NCBI GenBank assembly: GCA_003222395.1 | Contig: QHWB01000030.1 | Span: 304,593-368,592 of the forward strand | Length of the DNA stretch: 64,000 bases | DNA from: Acidobacteriota bacterium | GTDB lineage: Bacteria; Acidobacteriota; Vicinamibacteria; Vicinamibacterales; CAVVIG01 | Direction: 5' to 3' | Part shown: positions 57,372 to 64,000 of the stretch, in pieces | Layout: each line of letters begins with the position of its first letter | Numbering within the stretch: the first letter of the stretch is position 1 | The notes under the pieces: model-generated | Told to the model about the DNA's origin: nothing | Database searches by the model: none | The model's input: the letters and a program-made list of their open reading frames with translations, nothing else | Translations under genes and position numbers: made by a program

Positions 57372-58401
57372 GGCCGCTCGCGCCGGCGCAGCCGCCGCGC
57401 TGATCTGGATGGGCGCCGTATCGGCGCAGACGCTCCCCTCGTCGCATTCCACCGTCGCGTCGCAGGAGTCGGCGACCGTCGCCGCGGCGCTCGCCGACGC
57501 AAGGAAGCTGATCGATGCGGGACAGCCTCGCGCCGCCATCGAGAAGCTGCAGAAGCTCGACGCGCGGGCAAACCCGCGCGTCGCCGAGCTGCTCGGCGTC
57601 GCCTTTTATCACGCGAACGATCCTGCGCGCGCCATCGAGACGCTGACGGCAGCCCTCGAACTGCTGGAACACGATTCTCCCGAACGCCGCGAGGCGGTGC
57701 AGGTGCTGGGACTCTCCCACTATCTCGCCGGCCATCTTGCCGAAGCGATTCCGTACCTCGAAGAAGTCCGTCCCTTCGCCCCGGACGACATCAAGCTCGC
57801 CTACGCGCTCGGCATGGCGTACGCGCAGACGCGGCAGACCGACAAGGCGCGCGAGTCGTTCGCGCGGACGTTCGGGCTCTCGCCGACCTCCGCCGCCGCG
57901 CATCTGATCGCAGGGCAGATGATGAACCGCCTCGAGCTCGAGGATCTCGCCGAGACCGAACTGAAGATGGCGCTGCAGAAGGATCCGAAACTGCCCGAGG
58001 CGCATTATCTGCTCGGACAGATCGCGATCTTCAGATCGCGGTTCGACGAAGGGCTCGCGCTGATGCGCGAAGAGCTCGCAATCAACCCGGCTCACGCCAT
58101 GGCGCTCTACCGCATCGGCGACATCTATGCGCGGCAGCTGAAATGGGATGCATCGATCGCTGCGTTGCAGCAGTCGCTGTGGATCAACCCGTACTTCAGC
58201 GGCCCGTACATCCTGCTTGGAAAAGCGTACAGCCGCACGAATCGGCCCGACGCGGCCGAAGAGATGCTGCGCCGCGCGGTCGAGTACGATCCGAACAACA
58301 AAACGGCGCACTATCTCCTCGCGCAACTGCTGCAGCAGACCGGCCGCGTCGATGAAGCGAAGCGCGAGTTCGCGATCGCCGAACGGCTCCAAGACAAATG
58401 A
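57349..58401 (+). CDS. Tetratricopeptide-repeat protein, exported (second copy)
   Basis: 350 aa with a signal-like N-terminus and TPR units throughout (e.g. EAHYLLGQIAIFRSRFDEGLALMREELAINPAHAMALYRIGDIY). Confidence 0.85.
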   Translation: MLSVRAAEAARAGAAAALIWMGAVSAQTLPSSHSTVASQESATVAAALADARKLIDAGQPRAAIEKLQKLDARANPRVAELLGVAFYHANDPARAIETLTAALELLEHDSPERREAVQVLGLSHYLAGHLAEAIPYLEEVRPFAPDDIKLAYALGMAYAQTRQTDKARESFARTFGLSPTSAAAHLIAGQMMNRLELEDLAETELKMALQKDPKLPEAHYLLGQIAIFRSRFDEGLALMREELAINPAHAMALYRIGDIYARQLKWDASIAALQQSLWINPYFSGPYILLGKAYSRTNRPDAAEEMLRRAVEYDPNNKTAHYLLAQLLQQTGRVDEAKREFAIAERLQDK

Positions 58402-58402
58402 A

Positions 58403-58537
58403 ATTGCAGATTGCTGATTGCAGATTGCTGATTGCAGATTGTTGATTGATTGCTGATTGATTGCTGATTGATTGCTGATTGATTGCTGATTGATTGCTGA
58501 TTGATTGCTGATTGATTGCTGATTGATTGCTGATTGA
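58403..58537. repeat. Tandem repeat array: 3 x 14-bp ATTGCAGATTGCTG then 8 x 11-bp ATTGATTGCTG, immediately upstream of the CRTAC1 RBS
   Basis: Read directly. The 11-bp units are perfect from 58445 to 58532. The array ends in the SD GAGGA (58536-58540), 9 nt before GTG 58547. Confidence 0.95.
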
Positions 58538-58546
58538 GGATGTGAC

Positions 58547-60358
58547 GTGGCGCTAACGCGCTCGATCTGCATCGCCGCCGCAACGATGCTCGTCCCTGTT
58601 GTCAGCAATCAACAGCCAATCGGGCAGCAGCAATCAATCGCCAATCAGCAATCAATCAGCAATCTGCAATCAATCAGCAATCAGCAATCTGCAATCAGCA
58701 ATGAGAAGTGGCCCGTGTCGTTCGTCGACGTCGCCGACCGGGCGGGGTTGCGCGAGCCGACCACCTACGGCGGCATCGACCGCAAACGCTTCATCATCGA
58801 AACAAATGGCGCCGGCGTCGCGCTGCTCGACTACGACAACGATGGCTGGATCGATGCGCTCGTGCTGAACGGGACGCGGCTGAAGGACGGGACGCGGGAA
58901 GCCGAGACGTACGCGCCGGGGCGCGCGCCGCTCTCGCGGCTGTACCGCAACAACCGCGACGGGACGTTCAGCGACGTGACGTCGCGCGCGGGGCTGACCG
59001 CCGTTGGATGGGCGTCGAGCGTCTGCGCCGGCGACTACGACAACGATGGCTGGCTCGATCTCTTCATCACGTATTACGGGCAAAACGTGTTGTACCGGAA
59101 TCGCGGCGACGGCCGCTTCGAGGACGTCACAAAACGCGCGGGGCTGCCGACCGGCGGCACCAGGTGGGGATCCGGGTGCTCGTTCGTCGACTACGATCGC
59201 GACGGCCGCCTTGACCTCTTCGTCGCCAACTACCTGCGTTTCGATCTCGCGACGGCGGCAGAGGTCGGCAACGGGCCGAACTGCCTGTGGAAAGGCGTCC
59301 CGGTGAACTGCGGTCCGCGCGGGCTGCCGACCGACACGAATCTTCTCTTCCACAACGAAGGCAACGGGACCTTCGCCGACGTGTCGGCGAAATCGGGGAT
59401 CGCGCGGGTGACGAATCGCTATCCGATGACGGCCACGGCCGCGGACTTCGACGGCGACGGCTGGATCGATATCTATGTCGCGTGCGACTCGACGGCGTCG
59501 ATTCTCTATCGCAACAACGGCGACGGCACGTTCAGCGACACGGCCGTCGAGAGCGGCATCGCGTACAGCGAGAACGGCACGCAGCAGGCAGGAATGGGCG
59601 TGGCGATCGGCGACTACAACGCCGACGGTCTCGTCGACCTGCTGAAGACGCATTTCGCCGACGACATCCCGGCGCTGTACCGCAATCTGGGTAAGGGCAT
59701 CTTCGAAGATGTCGCCGCGGCGGCGGGACTCGGCGTTCTGAATCGCCATGTCGAGTGGGGCGCCGGCATGCCGGATCTCGACAACGACGGACGACCCGAC
59801 ATCGTCTACGTGACGGGCAACGTCTACCCCGAGGTGGAGCGCGTGCTGAGGCAATATCCGCATCGCGGTCCGCGCGTCGTGTTCCGCAACATGGACGGCG
59901 TTCGGTTCGAAGACGTCACCGGCGCGAGCGGACCCGCACCGCTTGCGGCGCATTCCAGCCGCGGCGCGGCCTTCGGCGACTTCGACAACGACGGCGACGT
60001 CGACATCCTCGTGTTCAACATGAACGAGCCGCCGTCGCTCCTGAGGAACGACTACACGGGGCCGAACCACTGGATCGCCGTGAAGCTGGCGGGCACGACG
60101 TCGAACCGCGCCGCGCTCGGCGCGACGGTTCGGTTGACGGCGGGCGGACGGACGCAGGCGCAAGTCGTGCTGAGCCAATCGAGCTACTATTCGCACGACG
60201 ATCTCCGCCTGCACTTCGGACTGGGATCGTCCACCGCGGCCGATGCGATCGAAATCCGCTGGCCGAGCGGGCGCATCGACACGGTGAAGAACGTGCGCGG
60301 CGGGCGCCTTGTCACTCTGAGAGAAGGCGCGAGTGATTCGATCGACAATCAACGCTGA
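58547..60358 (+). CDS. CRTAC1-family protein (FG-GAP/VCBS repeats + ASPIC/UnbV), with a repeat-encoded Q/S/N-rich linker after the signal peptide
   Basis: GTG start with GAGGA upstream. MALTRSICIAAATMLVPVV signal, then SNQQPIGQQQSIANQQSISNLQSISNQQSAISN, then the conserved core (FVDVADRAGL...DYDNDGWIDAL...) and C-terminal NRAALGATVRLTAGGRTQAQVVLSQSSYYSHDDLRLHFGLG...IEIRWPSG. Confidence 0.88.
   Translation: MALTRSICIAAATMLVPVVSNQQPIGQQQSIANQQSISNLQSISNQQSAISNEKWPVSFVDVADRAGLREPTTYGGIDRKRFIIETNGAGVALLDYDNDGWIDALVLNGTRLKDGTREAETYAPGRAPLSRLYRNNRDGTFSDVTSRAGLTAVGWASSVCAGDYDNDGWLDLFITYYGQNVLYRNRGDGRFEDVTKRAGLPTGGTRWGSGCSFVDYDRDGRLDLFVANYLRFDLATAAEVGNGPNCLWKGVPVNCGPRGLPTDTNLLFHNEGNGTFADVSAKSGIARVTNRYPMTATAADFDGDGWIDIYVACDSTASILYRNNGDGTFSDTAVESGIAYSENGTQQAGMGVAIGDYNADGLVDLLKTHFADDIPALYRNLGKGIFEDVAAAAGLGVLNRHVEWGAGMPDLDNDGRPDIVYVTGNVYPEVERVLRQYPHRGPRVVFRNMDGVRFEDVTGASGPAPLAAHSSRGAAFGDFDNDGDVDILVFNMNEPPSLLRNDYTGPNHWIAVKLAGTTSNRAALGATVRLTAGGRTQAQVVLSQSSYYSHDDLRLHFGLGSSTAADAIEIRWPSGRIDTVKNVRGGRLVTLREGASDSIDNQR
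58603..58702. repeat. Inverted (reverse-complement) copy of the 58403-58537 repeat array, inside the CRTAC1 coding region
   Basis: CAGCAATCAAT and CAGCAATCTGCAAT units are the reverse complements of the upstream 11- and 14-bp units. They are degenerate but continuous for about 100 bp. Confidence 0.9.
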
Positions 60359-63105
60359 ACGAGCGGCACGGTGATGTCGCGGCGGACGTACGTGTCGGGT
60401 GCGCCTTCGAAACGGATTCGCAGCTGCTGATCGCGCGCGACTGCAGGCGCCACCACAACCCCCTCAACCGCTCCGAGGCGTCGCGGCGTGCGCACGCCGA
60501 CGACGTACGTGCGATTGCCGCGGCCTTCGAGGATCAGGCGGAGCGCGCGGCGGTCGGCGCGGGCGCGCAGGATACGCAGTCCTTCGCTTGCAGCGCCCTG
60601 ATGCAGATCCGGCACGTCGACGTACACGTCGGTGCCCTCGTCGTACGTGAAGACTATCTCGGTCACCGGCGGCGGATCGTCAATCGTCACCTGCACTCGC
60701 TGGACGTCGCCGACGAGCGTCGCTTCGTGTTTCGCCGGGGAACCGTTCACCGTCACGCCGCGGATCTTCGCGTCGAGCGGCAGCGCCGGCGCGGCAATCA
60801 GGCGCCGAGTCCGGCCGCCAGCCTCCCGGCGCGCGACGCGCACGATCGTGCGACCCGATGCGCGCTCGATCGTCACGTCGTCGCGCGCGCCTCCCGCACG
60901 AACGCCCGAAGCGGAGGCGCGGTCCCACGACGCCGGCAACGCCGGCGCGACGCGCAAGGTGGCGCCGGCTTCCAATGTTTCGATGCCGAGCAGGCCGCGC
61001 ACGACCGGCGTGACAACCATTGCCTCCGACCAGATTTGATGATGTGACGAGCGGCCGAACGGCGTCGCGAAATCGCCCGACAGCAGCTCGGTGACGTAGC
61101 CGAGCGCACCCGGAAACGTCAGCAGCGCGTTCGCCATCAGCGCCTGGTAGCCGACGTGCGGGCGGCCGTATCGATACGCGCCCATCGCGGTCCATCCGGT
61201 GAAGAGCGGCCACACCGATCCGTAGTGATACGACAGCGGATCGTACAGCGCGCTGCTGTTCGAGAGCAGACGCTGGCCCCAGTCGGTCGCGATCGCCGCC
61301 GCGCCGAGATGATCGATCTCGGATTGCGCGCGGTCGTCCCGCGCCGTGCCGAACCACAACGGTACGGCGGGCAGCACCGTGTCTTCATCGATCAGCCGCG
61401 CATCACGGAGAGCGTTCAACCTGTCCTGTCGTCGCGCACGATTCGGTCCGGCCTCGGCCTGGGCGGCGGAAGAGCGCGGCAGCGCCGTGGCGAACGCGTA
61501 GAAGCCGCGGTCGGGCTGCCAGTACGCGCGTTCCATGGCGCCGCGTGCTCGTTCGGCGGCGGCGGCGGCGGTCGACGCGAGCGACGAATCGTTCATCACG
61601 GCGGCGAGATCCGCGACGGCGTGCGACGCCGCCACCCACAGACCCTGCAGGTACATTTCCTCGTGCGGCGGGGAGAGCGCGCCGCCTTCGACCCACCCAT
61701 GGCCCACGTTCGTGTTCTCGATGAGCCCGTTGCCGTCCGTGTCGGTCGCCGCGGAGAACCGGTACGCGCTCACGACCGACGGCCACGCCTGATCCAGGAA
61801 CTCGCGATCGCCGCTCGCGCGCCAGTAATCGGCGTGAGCGATCACGTACAACGGCGTCGCATCGGCGCTCGCCCATGGGTACGGATACCGATCGAACCAG
61901 GACACGAGCGGCGCCGACTGCGAGATCTCGTGCGGGATCTTTCCATCGGCGCGCTGGAACCTGCGCAGGAACGCGAGCGCGGTTCGTGTGGTCGCAAAAT
62001 CGCCTTCGGCATTCGTCGCAAGCGTCGTCCACAGCGCGTCGCGACCGAAGAACCACGCGAAACCGGGGCGTTCGCTCTCGCCCGACGTCCGGAACCCGGC
62101 CAGCAGTCCGGTACCGAGGAAGGGATTGGTGGCGACGCCCTTGTCCAGACCGACCTTCGCCCACTCGAAGGCCGTGTTGAGCCGGTCGTCCGGCGTGGTG
62201 ACGGCGATCGTCTCGCGCTCGAGCGCCTCATAGTGTTCTGCCGTTCGCTCGTAGAGCGTCTGCACCGATCCGACGATTCGATCGTGCGCGAGTCTCGCGG
62301 CGGCGCGGCCGTCGACGCTTCCGGCGATCACGATCGGGATCCGGCGGGTGCGCAGGATGTCGGGTGCGACCTCCATCACGAAGCGGTTCGGAACATCGCG
62401 CGGCTCTTCCTGATATGGCATCACCGAGATGTCGCGCGCGTACGGACACCCGATGACGCCGGCGTAGCGGCCGGTCTCCTCGCTCAGCGTGTAGACGTGC
62501 GCGCCGGCATCCCAGCCGATTGAGCTCGTCATCGACGTCGCCGGCCACATCAGCCGCAGCCTGGGACGGAACGACGCGGTGATCGTGAGCGGCAGCACGC
62601 TTTCGACGTCGAGGAGCACGACGACTCCCTGCTCGTCGATCGGCGCGAACATGATCTGCTCCACTCTGAACGCGGCGTGCGCGTAGGTGAGCGTCGTCGA
62701 TTCCGGACGCGCGCGAATCGACGCCATGATGTCGCTGCCCTGGATCTCGACGGGATATCCTTCGAGCCGGAACGACAAGGAGAAGGCGTCCAGGATCTTC
62801 AGCGGGTAAACCCACGCTTCGATCGATCGGTGCTCATAGCCGAACAACGCCGACCGCCGGCCGATCACGTCGAAGAACGCGCCGTCATGCGTCGGGCGGT
62901 CCAGCTGATGACGATCGGCTCGCAGTGGAAAACGCGGCACCGCGACATCCGCTCCGCCGCTTTGCGCTCGACCTTCAGCGTCCTGCGGACGAACTCCGAC
63001 GATCAACAGCAGACACAGTAAACCGGCGAGAAGTGCGAGCGCGGCGGACGTTCGACGCTGACACGCGAGGTCGCTCATCGGCGCTCGGGAGCGTAGGCTC
63101 CTCAT
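60349..63105 (-). CDS. Amylo-alpha-1,6-glucosidase / glycogen-debranching-enzyme-like six-hairpin glycosidase (GDE_C family)
   Basis: 918 aa with an N-terminal membrane/signal segment. Motifs GFAWFFGRDALWT and DGKIPHE, an alpha/alpha-toroid-type region, and ...YHYGSVWPLFTGW.... Confidence 0.8.
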   Translation of the reverse strand: MRSLRSRAPMSDLACQRRTSAALALLAGLLCLLLIVGVRPQDAEGRAQSGGADVAVPRFPLRADRHQLDRPTHDGAFFDVIGRRSALFGYEHRSIEAWVYPLKILDAFSLSFRLEGYPVEIQGSDIMASIRARPESTTLTYAHAAFRVEQIMFAPIDEQGVVVLLDVESVLPLTITASFRPRLRLMWPATSMTSSIGWDAGAHVYTLSEETGRYAGVIGCPYARDISVMPYQEEPRDVPNRFVMEVAPDILRTRRIPIVIAGSVDGRAAARLAHDRIVGSVQTLYERTAEHYEALERETIAVTTPDDRLNTAFEWAKVGLDKGVATNPFLGTGLLAGFRTSGESERPGFAWFFGRDALWTTLATNAEGDFATTRTALAFLRRFQRADGKIPHEISQSAPLVSWFDRYPYPWASADATPLYVIAHADYWRASGDREFLDQAWPSVVSAYRFSAATDTDGNGLIENTNVGHGWVEGGALSPPHEEMYLQGLWVAASHAVADLAAVMNDSSLASTAAAAAERARGAMERAYWQPDRGFYAFATALPRSSAAQAEAGPNRARRQDRLNALRDARLIDEDTVLPAVPLWFGTARDDRAQSEIDHLGAAAIATDWGQRLLSNSSALYDPLSYHYGSVWPLFTGWTAMGAYRYGRPHVGYQALMANALLTFPGALGYVTELLSGDFATPFGRSSHHQIWSEAMVVTPVVRGLLGIETLEAGATLRVAPALPASWDRASASGVRAGGARDDVTIERASGRTIVRVARREAGGRTRRLIAAPALPLDAKIRGVTVNGSPAKHEATLVGDVQRVQVTIDDPPPVTEIVFTYDEGTDVYVDVPDLHQGAASEGLRILRARADRRALRLILEGRGNRTYVVGVRTPRRLGAVEGVVVAPAVARDQQLRIRFEGAPDTYVRRDITVPLVQR

Positions 63106-63181
63106 TCATGCACGGTCAAGTAGATGGATCGAGGCCCTGCACGATTAACGATTTTTTGTCGCGCGGCTGACCGTTTGTCGC

Positions 63182-63210
63182 TTGACCCGTCTGGGCCGCG
63201 TCATTAGTAT
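63182..63210 (+). promoter_or_regulatory. Sigma-70-type promoter TTGACC-N17-TAGTAT for the downstream TonB-dependent receptor
   Basis: Read directly: ttgacc (63182-63187), a 17-nt spacer, then tagtat (63205-63210), about 49 nt upstream of ATG 63259. It is followed by the small hairpin CCCTGC-N8-GCAGGG (63211-63230). Confidence 0.5.
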
Positions 63211-63258
63211 CCCTGCTCGGTCACGCAGGGTCTCTAGATTTCAAATCGAGGAGCACCC

Positions 63259-64000
63259 ATGGCATCGGTACCGCCCTCACGCAAGTCCGTCCGTCTCCAT
63301 CACGTTCCGCTTCGAACAATCCCGTTGCTCGTCATGCTCGTGCTCGCGTGGAACACAGCCCACGCGCGCGCGCAGGCAGTCTACGGGAGCATCAGCGGCA
63401 TCATCACGGACACGACCGGGGCGGTGGTGCCCGGCGCGACCGTGACCATCACCAGCGCCGAGCGCAGAACGGCCGACTCCGTCGTCACCAACGAATCCGG
63501 CTTGTACGTCAAGGAACGACTGCTCCCCGGCACCTACGAGGTTCGAGCCGAGCTGCCTGGATTCAAGGCGGCGGTATTTCCGGACATCAACGTTAGCGTC
63601 GATACGCAAACGAAGCTCAACATTCGACTCGACATCGGTCAGGTCAGCGAGAACGTGACCGTTGCCGGGTTCAGCCCGGTGCTCAAGACCGATCGAGCCG
63701 ACGTCGCGACGACGTTCGAGACCAAACAGATCAACGAGCTGCCGATCCTCGATCGCAACTTCACCAAGTTGATCCTGTTGACGCCCGGAACGCAGCAGCT
63801 TCAGTGGCAGCACGCGGCCAGCGAGAACCCGCAGGGCTCGACGCAGACGATGGTGAATGGGCAGCATTTCAGCGGCACCGGGTACCAGCTCGATGGCACC
63901 GAGAACCGCGACCCCATCCTCGGCATCATCGTCATCAACCCGAACTTCGACGCGATTCAGGAAACGAAGATCACCTCGCAGAACTACGACGCGGAGTTCG
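63259..64000 (+). CDS. TonB-dependent receptor with carboxypeptidase-regulatory-like domain (N-terminal part; runs off the right edge)
   Basis: My own translation from ATG 63259 (SD GAGGAG). It is absent from the track because no stop is reached. MASVPPSRKSVRLHHVPLRTIPLLVMLVLAWNTAHARAQAVYGSISGIITDTTGAVVPGATVTITSAERRTADSVVTNESGLYVKERLLPGTYEVRAELPGFK...ELPILDRNFTKL.... Confidence 0.85.
   Translation, partial: MASVPPSRKSVRLHHVPLRTIPLLVMLVLAWNTAHARAQAVYGSISGIITDTTGAVVPGATVTITSAERRTADSVVTNESGLYVKERLLPGTYEVRAELPGFKAAVFPDINVSVDTQTKLNIRLDIGQVSENVTVAGFSPVLKTDRADVATTFETKQINELPILDRNFTKLILLTPGTQQLQWQHAASENPQGSTQTMVNGQHFSGTGYQLDGTENRDPILGIIVINPNFDAIQETKITSQNYDAEF

Noticed and set aside
56929-58608. Minus-strand ORF with the striking repeats SAINQQSISNQSAINQQSISNQ.
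   Set aside because: It is a mirror artefact. The inverted repeat arms give the same Q/S/N peptide on the opposite strand. The rest of the ORF is antisense to the TPR and CRTAC1 genes.
58403-58702. CRISPR array or MITE/IS remnant as an explanation for the repeat block.
   Set aside because: The repeats are contiguous, with no spacers, and only 11-14 bp long, so this is not CRISPR. The central 65 bp encodes a functional-looking RBS, start and signal peptide rather than transposon sequence, and no transposase or target-site duplication is visible.

Overview
High-GC, gene-dense chromosomal segment with about 45 protein-coding genes on both strands, many with 1-4 nt overlaps. All family calls are motif recognition by eye or from memory; no search was run. 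The gene content looks like a soil Acidobacteriota-type organism (inference): CarboxypepD_reg-type TonB-dependent receptors, TPR + CRTAC1/ASPIC-UnbV pairs, DUF1552, DUF362 and many Sec/Tat-exported hydrolases. I found no rRNA, tRNA, CRISPR array, transposase, integrase or phage gene.

Gene order, left to right:
- GT39-like membrane glycosyltransferase (partial).
- A 76-aa orphan ORF behind a near-consensus sigma-54 promoter.
- A minus-strand operon: MFP, RND, TolC and a GAF-type sigma-54 activator.
- NarL-type two-component system plus an amidase.
- A small decayed patch: truncated DinB and an amber-interrupted Cys-protein gene.
- PAS-GGDEF-EAL protein and an MBL hydrolase.
- Orphan molybdopterin (XDH-family) subunit, exported PIG-L deacetylase and a lactonase.
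- DUF1552; CBM9-like protein plus amidohydrolase.
- Tat-exported SelA/DgaE-like PLP enzyme plus ApbE; DUF362 plus a hypothetical.
- A 10-kb same-strand cluster: TBDR, TBDR, Tat-RidA, Tat-SelA-like, amidohydrolase.
- YdiJ-like FAD/FeS oxidoreductase.
- Two PQQ dehydrogenase paralogues (one with a dihaem cytochrome c), GGT and a tannase-family esterase.
- GH31, then TPR/CRTAC1 twice, a GDE-type glucosidase and a third TBDR (partial).

Most notable non-genic structure:
- A GTAG-headed REP-like palindrome family whose TAG/TAA supplies the stop codon of three genes.
- Four intergenic short-tandem-repeat loci.
- Two of those loci have the same odd layout, a direct array followed by an inverted array. 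One encloses the RBS, start codon and signal peptide of a CRTAC1 gene.

I did not find a clear-cut novel multi-gene system. The best candidates are the sigma-54 / small-ORF / RND module and the predicted periplasmic RidA + SelA-like + amidohydrolase module.
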